A stretch of 49,653 bases of DNA from Syntrophaceae bacterium UBA4059 (GCA_002382045.1 DFZJ01000223.1:9758-59410); one strand, 5' to 3'. Counted from the first letter of the stretch, positions 8,766 to 20,759 are shown. The notes: generated by a model from the letters alone, not told the origin. Made by a program: numbers and translations.

Positions 8766-9158
8766 ATGAAAGTAAGCCCTTATGCGGGAAAACCTGCCGA
8801 ACCGGCGATGCTGGTGAAGGTGCCCAAACTTATTACGGCTTATTATACCGAAGTGCCTGATCCGAAAGTTTCGTTACAACGGGTCGCGTTTGGCACATCA
8901 GGGCATCGCGGCTCAGCCTTCGATAAAGCATTCAATGAATGGCATATCCTTGCTATCAGCCAAGCCATTTGTCTCTACCGAAAACAGCAGAAGATCGATG
9001 ATCCTCTGTTCGAAAAAGCCCTTCGCGCCGCAACGACGCACCGGCACGACTATCTCAATTCATACATTGCTGATCTCGCCAGTGTGCTCGACATGGACGC
9101 CATTCGGGGTGCGAAGATCAGCATGGGCGTCGATCCGCTCGGTGTCGCCGGGAAATAG
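8766..9158 (+). pseudogene. pgm: phosphoglucomutase relic (in-frame internal deletion plus 3' truncation)
   Basis: Residues 1-~85 match the Pgm N-terminus (FGTSGHRGSA...NEWHILAISQAI). The sequence then jumps to the domain I/II boundary (YIADLASVLDMDAIRGAKISMGVDPLGVAG) and stops. The TxSHNP catalytic serine loop and domains II-IV are absent. It is 130 aa, against ~545 aa in E. coli Pgm (recalled). Confidence 0.7.
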
Positions 9159-9172
9159 CTTGAGGATAAAAC

Positions 9173-10501
9173 ATGATTGAACGGAAAAACGCGCTTGATA
9201 TTGCACTACCGTCGCACGCCGTTACAAACGCTGAGCTGGAAAAGCTTCAGCACAAATCATTCAGCTACTTTCTGCATGAGACGAATCCGGACAACGGGCT
9301 GGTGATCGACAAGAACGCAGCGGATTGGCCTGCCAGTATTGCCGCTACAGGCCTCGCGCTGGCATCTTACCCTGTGGCCGTCGAGCGCGGATATATATCG
9401 CGTGCCGCAGCGGCAGAACGAACGCTGATCACATTGCGTTTTTTCTGGAACAGTCAGCAAGGCCCCGAGCCCGACGCTACCGGCTACCAGGGATTTTATT
9501 ATCATTTTCTTGACATGCAGACCGGCCGGCGCGCCTGGCAATGCGAACTGTCAACGATAGATAGCGCTTTTTTGCTGGCGGGTGCTTTAACTGCGGGAGT
9601 TTATTTTGATAAGGATACGGCCGACGAGCATGAAATCCGCACCCTCGCCGACGCGCTCTATCGCCGTGCTGATTGGCAATGGGCGCAAAACCTTGGCACA
9701 ACGGTTACGCACGGTTGGAAGCCCGAAAGCGGATTTCTCAAATACCATTGGGAAGGCTATGATGAGGCGATGTTGTTGTATGTCCTGGGACTGGGCTCTC
9801 CCACTCATCCGCTGCCCGAAAGCTGCTACGCCGCGTGGACTTCGACCTACCGGTGGGAGAGCTGTTGCGGATATGAATATCTTTATGCCGGGTCCTTATT
9901 CACACACCAGCTCTCGCATGTCTGGATCGACTTTCGCGGCATTCAGGACGCGTTCATGCAAGCTAAGGGCATCGACTATTTCGAGAACAGCCGTCGCGCG
10001 ACTTATGTGCAACAGCAGTATGCGATAGACAACCCGCTCAAGTTCGCGGGCTATGGCCGCAATTGCTGGGGAATTACCGCAAGCGACGGCCCCGGCCCGG
10101 ACACGCTCAAAGTGAACGGCATCGAACGCCAATTCTTTGATTACGTTGGACGAGGTGTGCCGTATGGGCCCGACGACGGCACCATCGCGCCGTGGGCGGT
10201 GGTGCCGTCGCTGCCTTTTGCGCCGGAGATCGTGCTGCCCGTGATCGACTATCTGATACACGAGATCAATTGGAAAATGGACCACCCCTATGGCTTCAAG
10301 GCGACATTCAATCCGACCTACCCGGTAAAGTCAAGCAATCCCTTTGGCTGGGTATCACCCTGGCATTACGGGCTTAATCAAGGGCCGATTGTTTTGATGA
10401 TCGAAAACTATCGTACCGGCTTATTGTGGCGATTGATGCAAAACTGCTCATACATCGCCTGCGGCTTGAGGCGTGCTGGTTTTAGCGGGGGTTGGCTATG
10501 A
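9173..10501 (+). CDS. glucoamylase-family (alpha/alpha)6 glycoside hydrolase, GH144 / beta-1,2-glucanase-like, with no signal peptide
   Basis: The N-terminus FSYFLHETNPDNGLVIDK...WPASIAATGLALASYPVAVERGYI...GFYYHFLDMQTGRR...STIDSAFLLAGAL resembles proteins annotated 'glucoamylase family protein' (recalled). The call is at family level only. Confidence 0.65.
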   Translation: MIERKNALDIALPSHAVTNAELEKLQHKSFSYFLHETNPDNGLVIDKNAADWPASIAATGLALASYPVAVERGYISRAAAAERTLITLRFFWNSQQGPEPDATGYQGFYYHFLDMQTGRRAWQCELSTIDSAFLLAGALTAGVYFDKDTADEHEIRTLADALYRRADWQWAQNLGTTVTHGWKPESGFLKYHWEGYDEAMLLYVLGLGSPTHPLPESCYAAWTSTYRWESCCGYEYLYAGSLFTHQLSHVWIDFRGIQDAFMQAKGIDYFENSRRATYVQQQYAIDNPLKFAGYGRNCWGITASDGPGPDTLKVNGIERQFFDYVGRGVPYGPDDGTIAPWAVVPSLPFAPEIVLPVIDYLIHEINWKMDHPYGFKATFNPTYPVKSSNPFGWVSPWHYGLNQGPIVLMIENYRTGLLWRLMQNCSYIACGLRRAGFSGGWL

Positions 10502-10561
10502 ACCATGAACTTGTGGACAGCATACTGGAAACTAAACTCAAAAAATGAAAGGAGTGCTATT

Positions 10562-11305
10562 ATGCTAAGGAAAGCCAAATCGCTAAAAGGTTATAAATTG
10601 CACGGCCGCGATGCGGACATAGGAAAGGTCAAAGAATTCTATTTTGATGACCACCACTGGACGATTCGTTATCTGGTTGCCGACACAGGAAACTGGCTTT
10701 TGGGCAGGCAGGTATTGATCTCGCCTTATGCGCTGGCCGCTGCGAATAAAGAAGGACAATCCATAACGATCGATTTGACCAAAAAGCAAATTGAGGACAG
10801 TCCTTCCTTGAACAGTGACAGGCCCGTTTCGCGACAATATGAGGAAACCTATTACGGGTATTATGGATGGCCGATGTATTGGAATGGCCCCTACATGTGG
10901 GGGTATTATCCCACCATTTTGCGTGAACGTGAAAAATGGAGAGAAATCAACCAGGGTGGGAAAGCGTGGGATCACCATCTACGCAGCACTCACGAGGTGA
11001 GCGACTATCACATCCAAGCCGCAGATGGCGAGATTGGCCACGTCGAAGATTTTGTAATCGATGACGAGACATGGGCAATTCGTTATCTAATCATCGATAC
11101 AAGGAACTGGTGGCCGGGGAAAAAGGTTCTGGTTTCAACGCAATGGATCGAGCGCGTTAATTGGATCGAGGGAAAAGTCTTCGTCAGTCTAATCCGCGAG
11201 ACCATCTCTCAGTCACCGGAATACACGGAGGAGCTGCTGATAACCCGGGATTATGAAACCAGACTGCATCGACATTACAATCACCAAGGATACTGGGTCG
11301 TTTAA
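10562..11305 (+). CDS. PRC-barrel domain protein (two PRC barrels)
   Basis: There are two copies of the pattern Y.(L/I).(G/A)(R/A)D...IG.V.(E/D)F..DD..W.IRYL(V/I).DT.NW. They are joined by an aromatic linker, [28 protein letters not shown] lies upstream of ATG 10562. Confidence 0.8.
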   Translation: MLRKAKSLKGYKLHGRDADIGKVKEFYFDDHHWTIRYLVADTGNWLLGRQVLISPYALAAANKEGQSITIDLTKKQIEDSPSLNSDRPVSRQYEETYYGYYGWPMYWNGPYMWGYYPTILREREKWREINQGGKAWDHHLRSTHEVSDYHIQAADGEIGHVEDFVIDDETWAIRYLIIDTRNWWPGKKVLVSTQWIERVNWIEGKVFVSLIRETISQSPEYTEELLITRDYETRLHRHYNHQGYWVV

Positions 11306-11396
11306 CCGGCTGCCAGGAAGCATTCCCGCTGAAGCAAGCGCAGGAAAGGGTGCTTTGAATTGTGAAAACAAAAAAGCGCCTGAAAGGAACATTGTT

Positions 11397-13826
11397 ATGA
11401 AGGTGAAAAATGGACTCAGGAAAAACATCGCCGTGGAAACGGAGAAGTCGAACAAAATAGATAAGCCGCTGTCGCCCGATCTGCTGCGAAAGATAAACGC
11501 CTACTGGCGTGCCGCGAACTACCTCTCGGTAGGCCAACTTTATCTTCACGAGAATCCTTTGCTTTGCGAGCCGCTGAAATTATCACACGTGAAGGCGATG
11601 CTGCTCGGGCACTGGGGGACGACGCCGGGCCAGAATTTCATCTATGTGCACCTGAATCGGGTCATCAAGAAGTATGATCTGGATATGTTCTACATCTCCG
11701 GTCCCGGCCATGGCGGCCCGGCATTGGTGGGCAATACCTATCTTGAAGGAACCTACAGTGAGATTTATCCGAATATCAGCCAGGACGAAGCCGGGCTGAA
11801 GAAGCTGTTCACTCAATTCTCGTTTCCCGGTGGGATTCCCAGCCATGTCTCGCCGGAGTGTCCCGGGTCGATCCATGAGGGTGGAGAGTTAGGGTACTCG
11901 CTCAGCCATGCCTTCGGGGCCGTGTTTGATAATCCGGAATTGGTCGTCGCCTGCGTCATCGGTGACGGCGAAGCGGAAACAGGTCCACTGGCAACGGCAT
12001 GGCACTCCAACAAATTTCTAAACCCGATTACCGACGGGGCTGTGTTACCAATTTTGCATCTTAACGGCTACAAAATTGCCAATCCAACGATTCTGGCCCG
12101 TATCCCGCGTGAGGAACTGGAACAGTTGCTCCGAGGTTATGGTTGGACTCCTCACTTTGTTGAAGGTGATGAACCGGAAAAGATGCATCAACTCATGGCT
12201 GGTATTTTAGATACTGCTATTGAGGAAATTAAACAAATACAAAGCAATGCCAGAGACAATAACCATGCTACCCGCCCACGCTGGCCAATGATTGTATTTA
12301 ATTCACCTAAAGGTTGGACCGGACCCAAAGTAGTAGATGGACTCCAAATTGAGGGAACATTTCGGGCACATCAAATTCCTTTACAGGTAGATTCAGATCA
12401 TCCACATCATTTAAAATTGCTGGAAAACTGGATGAAAAGCTATAAAGCGGAAGAGCTCTTTGATAAAAAGGGGCGTCTCATACCGGAATTAGCAGAACTG
12501 GCGCCAAAGGGTGAACGAAGAATGGGAGCTAATCCGCACGCCAACGGTGGCTTATTACTGCACGACCTGATTATGCCGGACTTCCGGAATAATGCTGTTC
12601 AGGTTACATCGCCGGGCTCGGTTATGTCTTCCGACACACATGTGCTTGGCGAGTTCCTTCGCGATGTGATAAAACTTAACACGGATCAAAACAACTTCCG
12701 TGTTTTCGGTCCTGATGAAATCCTTTCCAACCGCCTGAACGCCATTTTTGAGGTGACCAACCGGCAATGGGAAGCTCAAACACAAGATAATGACGAATTC
12801 CTTGCAACCCAGGGACGGGCAATGGAGATATTGAGCGAACATCAATGCGAAGGCTGGCTCGAAGGATACCTGCTCACCGGACGACACGGGCTTTTTACCA
12901 GCTATGAAGCATTTATTCATATTGTCGATTCGATGTTTAATCAACATGCCAAGTGGTTGAAAGTAAGTGCTAAATTGCCATGGAGAAAAAAAATAGCATC
13001 ACTGAATTACCTGCTTGCTTCGCATGTTTGGCAACAGGCGCATAATGGCGACACCCATCAGGATCCCGGATTTATCGATCATGTGGTAAACAAAAAGGCT
13101 TCCATCGCGCGTGTCTATCTGCCACCGGATTCGAATTGTTTATTGTCCGTTGGGGATCATTGCTTAAGGAGCCGTAATTATGTAAATGTTGTGATTGCCG
13201 GTAAATATCTGGCACCTCAATGGTTAAACATGGAAGAAGCTATAGAACATTGCACCCGTGGAATTAGTATCTGGCAATGGGCAAGTAATGATCAAGGTTC
13301 GCAACCCGATGTAGTAATGGCCTGCTGCGGTGATGTACCTACACTCGAGACACTGGCTGCAGTTTCCATTCTACGGGAGCATTTACCTGACCTGAAAATC
13401 AGGGTAGTTAACGTGGTCGATCTGATGAAACTTGAACCCAATACAGAACACCCACACGGATTAACCGATTCTGAATTCGATGCTTTGTTTACGAAAGATA
13501 AACCTATTGTTTTTGCTTTTCACGGCTATCCACAGCTGATACATTCTCTTACCTATCGCCGTACGAACCATGAAAACATGCATGTTCGTGGTTATAAGGA
13601 AGAAGGAACCATAACTACTTTCTTTGACAATCTGGTACTCAACGATCTGGACCGGTTTCATCTGGTAATAGATGTAATAAATCGTGTGCCACAATTGAGT
13701 GACAAAGGGGCGAAACTGAAGCTAATGCTGGAGAAAAAACTTATTGAACACAGAACATATATTAATAAGCACGGCCAGGATCTGCCGGAAGTCCGGAACT
13801 GGAAATGGAAGCTGACCCATGAATAA
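11397..13826 (+). CDS. xfp: xylulose-5-phosphate / fructose-6-phosphate phosphoketolase
   Basis: Motifs seen are [38 protein letters not shown] and GDGEAETGP (ThDP motif). The product is ~809 aa from ATG 11397. The ORF-track start at 11253 overlaps the upstream gene. Confidence 0.92.
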   Translation: MKVKNGLRKNIAVETEKSNKIDKPLSPDLLRKINAYWRAANYLSVGQLYLHENPLLCEPLKLSHVKAMLLGHWGTTPGQNFIYVHLNRVIKKYDLDMFYISGPGHGGPALVGNTYLEGTYSEIYPNISQDEAGLKKLFTQFSFPGGIPSHVSPECPGSIHEGGELGYSLSHAFGAVFDNPELVVACVIGDGEAETGPLATAWHSNKFLNPITDGAVLPILHLNGYKIANPTILARIPREELEQLLRGYGWTPHFVEGDEPEKMHQLMAGILDTAIEEIKQIQSNARDNNHATRPRWPMIVFNSPKGWTGPKVVDGLQIEGTFRAHQIPLQVDSDHPHHLKLLENWMKSYKAEELFDKKGRLIPELAELAPKGERRMGANPHANGGLLLHDLIMPDFRNNAVQVTSPGSVMSSDTHVLGEFLRDVIKLNTDQNNFRVFGPDEILSNRLNAIFEVTNRQWEAQTQDNDEFLATQGRAMEILSEHQCEGWLEGYLLTGRHGLFTSYEAFIHIVDSMFNQHAKWLKVSAKLPWRKKIASLNYLLASHVWQQAHNGDTHQDPGFIDHVVNKKASIARVYLPPDSNCLLSVGDHCLRSRNYVNVVIAGKYLAPQWLNMEEAIEHCTRGISIWQWASNDQGSQPDVVMACCGDVPTLETLAAVSILREHLPDLKIRVVNVVDLMKLEPNTEHPHGLTDSEFDALFTKDKPIVFAFHGYPQLIHSLTYRRTNHENMHVRGYKEEGTITTFFDNLVLNDLDRFHLVIDVINRVPQLSDKGAKLKLMLEKKLIEHRTYINKHGQDLPEVRNWKWKLTHE

Positions 13827-15162
13827 GATCAAACAACTCTGGAGTAACCTACAGTCCAGCTTTTGGTTTACTCCTTCGCTGATTGTTTTGTTCAGCGCTG
13901 CCTTCGCAGCAGCGATGATCGAAGCGGACTCCGCCGGAAGCGACCAATGGCTGGCCCAGTGGCCTCGACTGTTTGGGTCTGGTGCGGAAGGTGCTCGCGG
14001 AATGATGTCCACAATTGCCGGTTCGATGATGACCGTGGTAGGCGTCATGTTTTCTATGATCCTGGTGGTGCTGGCGCTGGCTTCGAGCCAATACACCTCG
14101 CGCATTCTGCGGAACTTCATGAGCAGCCGCGTCACGCAGGTCGTGCTTGGAATTTTCGCGGGAATTTTTACATACTGCCTGATCGTGTTGCGCACCATTC
14201 GCAGCGGCGACGAGGGGGCATTTGTTCCAAACCTGGCGGTGTTTTTCGGCTTCGTGCTGGCGCTTGGAGGTGTCGTGGCCCTCATGTTCTTCATTCATCA
14301 CATTGCCTCTTCAATCCAGGCGTCAAGCATTATCTCCTCGGTTGCCGAAGAAACCATCGCAGTCATTGACCGGCTGTTTCCGGAAAAACTTGGCCGGGGG
14401 CCGGGTGAAGACGATGATGGCCAGACGCTAAGCCCTCTATCCGGGCGGAATTGGCGTGCCGTCCGGGCCTCGCAAAACGGCTATATCCAGAGCGTGAATA
14501 ACGCAGCGCTCCTGCGTCTGGCGCGGAAGAGGAAAAGCATCGTGAGAATGGAGCACGGCATCGGTGATTTCGTTGTCCGGAACAGCCCACTGGCCTCACT
14601 CGCTCTTGAAAATCCACCGGATCACGAGACGATTGCAGCCTTGCAGGATACTTTCAGCATCAGCAGCTACCGGACGGTTGAACAGGACGCTGCCTTCGGC
14701 ATCAGACAGATCGTGGATATGGCGTTGAAAGCCCTCTCCCCCGGCATCAACGACACCACGACAGCCGTGATGTGTGTGGATTATCTGACAGCGATTATGG
14801 CGCAGCTGGCGCCCCGGCAAATCCCTTCATCGCACCGTTATGAAGAAGGGCAGCTGCGCGTGATCGCTAAAGGCCCGAGCTTTGAAAGCTTGCTTTCCGA
14901 AGCGTTCGACCAAATTCGAGGCAACGCCACAGGCAATGTAGCCATCATGTTAAGGATGCTGGGAGCGGTGCAAACAATCGCCAGTGTGACAGCCGGCCCA
15001 AGCCGGCGGCGGGCGCTTCGCGATCAAGTGCAATGGATCGCCGAATTGGCTGAGCGCACTCTCGAATCCGCGCATGATCGGGCGAGGATCGAAACGCGGT
15101 TGGCGCACGTGTGCGAAGCGCTCGAAACCGAGCCTGCTTTGTACCCGGATGAGGAGAAATAA
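13819..15162 (+). CDS. DUF2254-family membrane protein
   Basis: The N-terminus is [24 protein letters not shown]. It has four N-terminal TM helices and then a ~250-aa soluble domain. The start overlaps the xfp stop by 8 nt. Confidence 0.75.
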   Translation: MNKIKQLWSNLQSSFWFTPSLIVLFSAAFAAAMIEADSAGSDQWLAQWPRLFGSGAEGARGMMSTIAGSMMTVVGVMFSMILVVLALASSQYTSRILRNFMSSRVTQVVLGIFAGIFTYCLIVLRTIRSGDEGAFVPNLAVFFGFVLALGGVVALMFFIHHIASSIQASSIISSVAEETIAVIDRLFPEKLGRGPGEDDDGQTLSPLSGRNWRAVRASQNGYIQSVNNAALLRLARKRKSIVRMEHGIGDFVVRNSPLASLALENPPDHETIAALQDTFSISSYRTVEQDAAFGIRQIVDMALKALSPGINDTTTAVMCVDYLTAIMAQLAPRQIPSSHRYEEGQLRVIAKGPSFESLLSEAFDQIRGNATGNVAIMLRMLGAVQTIASVTAGPSRRRALRDQVQWIAELAERTLESAHDRARIETRLAHVCEALETEPALYPDEEK

Positions 15163-15205
15163 TGCGCCTTGGCAAATATAATACCGCGATGGAAAGGACA
15201 TCAAT

Positions 15206-16855
15206 ATGACGAAAAACATAATACCACTTAATGAGCTCGCGGCATGGAAGGCCCTAGAAGCCCATTACGTGAAAGTCCGGGAGTTGCATCTCCGGCAGCT
15301 CTTTGCGGAAGATCCAAAGCGCGGACAGCGTTTGACAGCTGAGGCCATCGGCATCTACTTTGATTATTCTAAGCATCGTATCACCGACGAGACTTTAAGC
15401 CTTCTTTTGCACTTGGCGGAGGAGTCCGGCCTGCGCGCTCGCATTGATGCCATGTTCCGGGGCGATAAGATCAATGTTACTGAAAATCGAGCAGTTTTAC
15501 ACACGGCCCTGCGCGCGCCCAAAGGGGAATCCATCATCGTGGATGGCGAAGACGTCGTGCCTCAGGTTCATGATGTGCTCGATAAGATGACCGGTTTTTG
15601 CAACCGGGTGCGCAGTGGAGAATGGAAGGGCCACACCGGCAAGCCGATCCGTAACATCATCAATATCGGTATCGGCGGGTCAGACCTTGGGCCGGTGATG
15701 GCGTACGAGGCATTACGGCATTATAGCCGGCGCGACCTGACGTTCCGATTTGTCTCCAACATCGACGGCACTGATTTCGCCGAGGCTACCCGCGACCTCG
15801 CCGCTGAGGAGACACTCTTCATCATCTCGTCGAAGACCTTTACGACATTGGAGACAATGACCAACGCGCATACGGCCCGCGACTGGGCACTCAAGACATT
15901 GAAACACCCCGCTGCCGTTGCCAGGCATTTCGTTGCGGTCTCGACCAACGCCCACGAAGTGGCTAAGATTGGCATCGATACCGCCAATATGTTCGAGTTC
16001 TGGGATTGGGTTGGCGGACGGTATTCCATGGACTCGGCAATCGGCCTCTCGACCATGATCGCCATCGGTCCTGAAAATTTTCGCGCCATGCTCGACGGTT
16101 TCCACCAGATGGACAAACATTTCCGTACGGCCCCTTTCGAGCATAACTTGCCGGTGCTCATGGGGCTTTTAGGAATCTGGTACAATAACTTCTTCGCCTC
16201 GCAGACCGTCGCGGTCCTTCCGTATGAGCAGTACCTGAAGCGCTTCCCGGCTTACCTCCAGCAATTGACGATGGAAAGCAATGGCAAGCACGTCACGCTT
16301 GATGGAACTGAGATCGGCTACCAAACCGCTCCAATCTACTGGGGAGAGCCGGGTACTAATGGGCAGCATTCTTTTTACCAGATGATCCATCAGGGGACCA
16401 AACTCATTCCCTGCGACTTCATTGGATTTATTCAGTCTCTTAATCATCTGGGCCACCACCACGATTTGCTTATGGCCAATATGTTTGCCCAGGCTGAGGC
16501 ACTGGCCTTTGGCAAAACACGGAAGGAGGTTCAAGAAGAAGGTACACCCGCATGGCTGGCGCCGCACAAAACCTTCGAGGGCAACCGTCCGTCCAGCACG
16601 ATCCTTGTGGAACGGCTGACTCCGGCGGCACTGGGAAAGCTTGTCGCACTATACGAGCACAGTGTCTTTACCCAGGGTGCCATTTGGCAAATTGATTCGT
16701 TTGATCAGTGGGGCGTCGAACTGGGCAAGGCGCTTGCCGCGCGAATTATCCCCAAACTTGAGACCGGAACCGAGCACCAACTCAAACACGACAGTTCAAC
16801 TAACGCGTTGATCCGGCGCTGTCGTAAATCCAGGAGCTTGTCCGATGGATATTGA
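15206..16855 (+). CDS. pgi: glucose-6-phosphate isomerase
   Basis: Motifs seen are [30 protein letters not shown] and HDSSTN. The 549-aa length is typical. Confidence 0.93.
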   Translation: MTKNIIPLNELAAWKALEAHYVKVRELHLRQLFAEDPKRGQRLTAEAIGIYFDYSKHRITDETLSLLLHLAEESGLRARIDAMFRGDKINVTENRAVLHTALRAPKGESIIVDGEDVVPQVHDVLDKMTGFCNRVRSGEWKGHTGKPIRNIINIGIGGSDLGPVMAYEALRHYSRRDLTFRFVSNIDGTDFAEATRDLAAEETLFIISSKTFTTLETMTNAHTARDWALKTLKHPAAVARHFVAVSTNAHEVAKIGIDTANMFEFWDWVGGRYSMDSAIGLSTMIAIGPENFRAMLDGFHQMDKHFRTAPFEHNLPVLMGLLGIWYNNFFASQTVAVLPYEQYLKRFPAYLQQLTMESNGKHVTLDGTEIGYQTAPIYWGEPGTNGQHSFYQMIHQGTKLIPCDFIGFIQSLNHLGHHHDLLMANMFAQAEALAFGKTRKEVQEEGTPAWLAPHKTFEGNRPSSTILVERLTPAALGKLVALYEHSVFTQGAIWQIDSFDQWGVELGKALAARIIPKLETGTEHQLKHDSSTNALIRRCRKSRSLSDGY

Positions 16856-19595
16856 AAGAAAGGCACTAAGTAAGCTGAAGATACAAGATTCTACCTGGCA
16901 TAGTTTGCCGGAAATGGAAGTGCTTGAGAGTGCAGAAACATCCATACAGGATGGATTAACCTTCAAAGAAGTCACCAAGCGGGCAGCACAGTATGGTGCT
17001 AATGCTATTTCGCATAAGAAAACGACCAGTGCGCTTGTTCTGCTGCTTATGCAATTTAATCAGCCACTGATTTACATTTTGATTGCTGCAGGCGTTGTGA
17101 CAGCTTTCTTGAAAGAATTCATCGACTCCAGCGTCATATTCGGTGTCGTGCTGGCTAATGCAACTATTGGTTTTATTCAGGAATCAAAAGCGCGCAAGGC
17201 GATTGAGTCTCTTGCTAAAATGATGACCTGCGAGACCACGGTCATCCGGGATGGCACGAAGCAGCGTGTCAATGCTGCTGAATTGACCATTGGGGATACT
17301 GTCGTTCTACAATCCGGGGATAAAGTTCCGGCCGATCTCAGGCTTCTGGTATTGCGGGAGCTTCAAATTGACGAATCAACACTCACCGGCGAATCGGTTC
17401 CGGTTATCAAACAAACGCAGGCCCTTTCTTCAGATACGGTGCTCGCCTGCCGCACAAACATGGCATACTCTTCCACGCTGGTCACGTATGGCACCGGGAC
17501 GGGCATTGTCACGGCAATAGGTGACGATACGGAGGTCGGGAAAATAAACCGGATGATCGCCTCCGCCGATGTTCTGGCCACACCATTGACGAAGAAGATA
17601 GCGCATTTCAGCACACTGCTCCTGTATATAATCGGCGCCCTTGCGCTGGTAACGTTCATTATTGGTTACCTGCGTGGCAAATCCGTGCTCGACATGTTCA
17701 TGGCAGTTGTCGCATTGGCCGTTGGAGCCATTCCGGAGGGGCTACCGGCAGCGTTGACTATCACCCTGGCCATCGGCGTATCCAAGATGGCAAAACGCAA
17801 CGTCATCATACGAAAACTTCCTGCTGTCGAAACGTTGGGGAGCACGTCGGTTATCTGTTCCGATAAAACCGGGACTCTCACCCAAAACCAGATGACCGTC
17901 GAAGAAATCTTTGCGGGAGGAAAATTATTCGTGGTGACTGGATCCGGTTATGATCCGCAGGGAGAATTCAGTCTTGACGGCAAGTCAATCGATCCGGACT
18001 CCGACATCTCGCTTCAGGAATGCCTGACCGCCGGCCTGCTCTGCAATGATTCAAATCTCATTTCGAGTGATGCAGGATGGAAAATTGAAGGTGATCCTAC
18101 CGAAGGAGCACTGATCACCTCAGCTCTAAAATCGGGACAACACAGGGAAACCGCAGATAGCATACTTCCCCGAATCGATGCAATACCCTTCGAGTCACAA
18201 CACCAATATATGGCAACGCTTCATAAACAAACCGAGACGCAAGAAAGAATTGCTTACATGAAAGGATCTACTGAAAGCGTTTTGCCTCGTTGCGTCGACG
18301 CTTTGATGGCAAGTGGTGAAACAGGCCCCTTTGTTCTGGAACAGAGCCATCGCGTGGTGAATGAACTCACCCGTAAAGGACTGCGCGTACTGGCATTCGC
18401 GCGGCGCTCATACGGAGTGCATATCGACAAGATTACCCATGAAGATGTATCTGGTGAAATGACCTTCCTGGGACTTCAAGCCATGATTGACCCTACTCGC
18501 CCCGAAGCGATACAAGCAGTAAGGGCCTGCAAATCGGCTGGTATCGTCGTAAAAATGATCACAGGCGACCATGAACTCACCGCGCTTGCCATTGCCCGCA
18601 AAATCGGCATTGGAGATGAAAACTGCGAGGATGATCAGTTGCTTGTCCTGAACGGGAAAAAAATCACCTCCATGACAGACGAAGATCTCGTCGAGAGCGT
18701 CCGATCTATTTCAGTGTTTGCACGTGTTGCGCCTGAGGATAAACTGCGTTTAGTCAAAGCCCTTCAGGTAAATGGCGATACAATCGCCATGACGGGCGAT
18801 GGCGTCAACGATGCGCCCTCTTTGCGTCAGGCAAATATCGGTATAGCAATGGGCATTACCGGCACGGATGTTGCCAAGGAAACCGCAGACATGGTTCTGA
18901 CCGATGATAATTTTGCCTCTATTGAAGCCGCTGTCGAAGAAGGGAGAGGTGTGTATGATAATATCATCAAATTCATCATCTGGACTCTGCCGACAAACTT
19001 TGGCGAAGGGTTTGTTATCCTCGCAGCGGTGGCGACAGGTATCGCTCTTCCGATATTGCCGGTCCAGATCTTGTGGATTAACATGACCACAGCCGTGCTA
19101 TTGGGCCTCATGCTTGCGTTTGAACCCAAGGAACCGGGCATAATGACCCGGCCTCCGCGCTTACCTGGTGAGCCGATACTAGCTAACCGCTTGATCTTTC
19201 GCATATGCCTGGTCGGGGTTCTTTTATGCGTCGGTGCGTTTGGTTTATTCGAGTTGGCCATACAGGCTGGTCGTAGCGAAGCTGCCTCCCGAACAATAGC
19301 ATCGAATGTATTCGTATTTGGCGAAATTTTCTATCTCTTCAATTGCAGGTCTCTACAATACCCGATATTCAGAATCAACCAGTTCAGCAACAAGCCCCTT
19401 CTTTTCGGTGTTCTTGCAATGATCATTCTGCAGGTTCTCTTTACCTATGCGCCATTCATGAACATCGCATTCCATAGTGAACCGATTTCACCGATCGACT
19501 GGATTTACATCATCGGAGTTTCCACGGCGATATTCATCATCATTGAGTTGGAAAAAAATATTCAAAACAGGTTCATTTTCAAAAGGCGGTTTTGA
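16845..19595 (+). CDS. cation-transporting P-type ATPase (type II, Ca2+/Mg2+-like)
   Basis: Motifs seen are [19 protein letters not shown] and [11 protein letters not shown], with ten predicted TM segments. The start overlaps the pgi stop by 11 nt. The last ~12 codons overlap the relic of a second ATPase (see findings). Confidence 0.9.
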   Translation: MDIERKALSKLKIQDSTWHSLPEMEVLESAETSIQDGLTFKEVTKRAAQYGANAISHKKTTSALVLLLMQFNQPLIYILIAAGVVTAFLKEFIDSSVIFGVVLANATIGFIQESKARKAIESLAKMMTCETTVIRDGTKQRVNAAELTIGDTVVLQSGDKVPADLRLLVLRELQIDESTLTGESVPVIKQTQALSSDTVLACRTNMAYSSTLVTYGTGTGIVTAIGDDTEVGKINRMIASADVLATPLTKKIAHFSTLLLYIIGALALVTFIIGYLRGKSVLDMFMAVVALAVGAIPEGLPAALTITLAIGVSKMAKRNVIIRKLPAVETLGSTSVICSDKTGTLTQNQMTVEEIFAGGKLFVVTGSGYDPQGEFSLDGKSIDPDSDISLQECLTAGLLCNDSNLISSDAGWKIEGDPTEGALITSALKSGQHRETADSILPRIDAIPFESQHQYMATLHKQTETQERIAYMKGSTESVLPRCVDALMASGETGPFVLEQSHRVVNELTRKGLRVLAFARRSYGVHIDKITHEDVSGEMTFLGLQAMIDPTRPEAIQAVRACKSAGIVVKMITGDHELTALAIARKIGIGDENCEDDQLLVLNGKKITSMTDEDLVESVRSISVFARVAPEDKLRLVKALQVNGDTIAMTGDGVNDAPSLRQANIGIAMGITGTDVAKETADMVLTDDNFASIEAAVEEGRGVYDNIIKFIIWTLPTNFGEGFVILAAVATGIALPILPVQILWINMTTAVLLGLMLAFEPKEPGIMTRPPRLPGEPILANRLIFRICLVGVLLCVGAFGLFELAIQAGRSEAASRTIASNVFVFGEIFYLFNCRSLQYPIFRINQFSNKPLLFGVLAMIILQVLFTYAPFMNIAFHSEPISPIDWIYIIGVSTAIFIIIELEKNIQNRFIFKRRF

Positions 19596-20058
19596 AAATC
19601 GGCGATTACCTGATCATTCTGGCGGTAACACTGGTGGCTGTAATTATCTGTTTCGCCATCTATCGCGGCGACGCGCTCCTCACCACGCTGCAGTTTGCTT
19701 TGGTGATGACTGTGGCCGCATCTTCCAGCGGATAAACAGCTATGCGATCTACCGCATTGCCGAGACGCTGCGCGTGCTGCTGTTCATGACGCTGACGATT
19801 CTTTTATCCGCTGACGGCGGTGATGATCGTGATGCTGGCGCTTTTAAACGACGGAGCCATCCTTTCTATTGCCTATGACAATGTTCATTACAAGGATCAG
19901 CCCGAAGCCTGGAACATGCGCTACTGTGGTTCCTTGTCAACGATAACGTGAAACTGCTCGCCTATCGGATTTTCGATCCGATTAACGCTGCGGCAAAACA
20001 GGACGCCAAGGCTGGTAAGCCTATTTTTGATCCGATGCATGACAATGGAAGTAAATAA
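19562..20058 (+). pseudogene. relic of a plasma-membrane-type H+-efflux P-type ATPase (type III), four fragments in alternating frames
   Basis: Fragment 1 (frame 2): [22 protein letters not shown]...LQFALVMTVAA. Fragment 2 (frame 1): IFQRINSYAIYRIAETLRVLLFMTLTILL. Fragment 3 (frame 2): PLTAVMIVMLALLNDGAILSIAYDNVHYKDQPEAWNM. Fragment 4 (frame 1): LWFLVNDNVKLLAYRIFDP...*. These match the TM3/4, TM5, TM6 and C-terminal regions of H+-ATPases (compare plant AHA GHFQKVLTAIGNF and IFQRMKNYTIY, recalled). The DKTGT, N and P domains are missing. Confidence 0.65.
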
Positions 20059-20080
20059 AGTAAAATTCCTAAAATATTAA

Positions 20081-20605
20081 CTATGTCTTGCTTCCTTTGG
20101 AGCGCTCAGTTTTTATTTTTCTAAGCGGATAATTTATTTCCGTCGAACGTATTAATTTAGGCGGTGTCTTCTGTGCGCCAAATATTTTCACAAGATTCTT
20201 CATGCTTTTATCAATGTCCTTTAGATTCAGGACGGGCAATTCCTCTAATCCAGCCACCAGTAAACCCTGTGCTACTTCCGGTGCAGATTTCACCAGAGAC
20301 TTCCCTTCTGCCGTTAATTCTATCCATACGACGCGCCGGTCTTCCTTGGAGCGTGTTCTTTTAACCAGATGACGCGTTTCAAGACGATCGATAATCCCGC
20401 CGACGGTTGTGGGATGAAGATAGAGGCGGTAAGCAAGATATGAAAGGTTAATCGGTGCATTTTCGTTGATAACTTTTATCGTCCAAAGTTGCGGTCCCGT
20501 CAAGCCGGTATCCTTTTCCACTTTTTTTGATTGTTCATTCAATATCTGGAACACTCTTCGCAGATTATCGATAATGTCTGTAATTACAACGGATTTGTCG
20601 GTCAT
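20081..20605 (-). CDS. MarR family transcriptional regulator
   Basis: The winged-helix region reads LTGPQLWTIKVI...LSYLAYRLYLHPTTVGGIIDRLETRHLVKRTRSKEDRRVVWIELTAEGK. Confidence 0.85.
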   Translation of the reverse strand: MTDKSVVITDIIDNLRRVFQILNEQSKKVEKDTGLTGPQLWTIKVINENAPINLSYLAYRLYLHPTTVGGIIDRLETRHLVKRTRSKEDRRVVWIELTAEGKSLVKSAPEVAQGLLVAGLEELPVLNLKDIDKSMKNLVKIFGAQKTPPKLIRSTEINYPLRKIKTERSKGSKT

Positions 20606-20759
20606 TTTATGATCTCATGTTTTAAAAGTTGATTTTTAGTCAATGTTATTATAGTAGGCATACCTATTATTTGCACACGGCCCCTTGTTTGTGCCATGAT
20701 TAGCATATGCGCAAACAATATGCCAATATACAAATGTGTATTTTACAGGTGAATCCATT

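Noticed and set aside
11397-13826. A possible compositional mosaic inside xfp (GC-rich 5' third, AT-richer 3' two-thirds), suggesting a recombinant gene.
   Set aside because: Hand counts of individual 60-nt lines scatter from 35% to 68% on both sides, with no clean breakpoint. A proper sliding-window and phylogenetic test is needed, so I am not claiming it.
13722-14294. Long ORFs antisense to real genes. This one is an example; others are 6212-6775(-), 29699-30247(-), 31124-31906(-) and 43539-44162(+).
   Set aside because: They lie entirely inside well-supported genes on the opposite strand. They have low-complexity Arg/Ser/Pro-rich translations and no start-site signals, so they are shadow ORFs.
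20623-20723. Candidate MarR operators (TTGA-N7-TCAA at ~20623 and GCATAT-N9-ATATGC at 20703-20723).
   Set aside because: Arms of 4-6 bp in very AT-rich DNA are expected by chance, and there is no second line of evidence.
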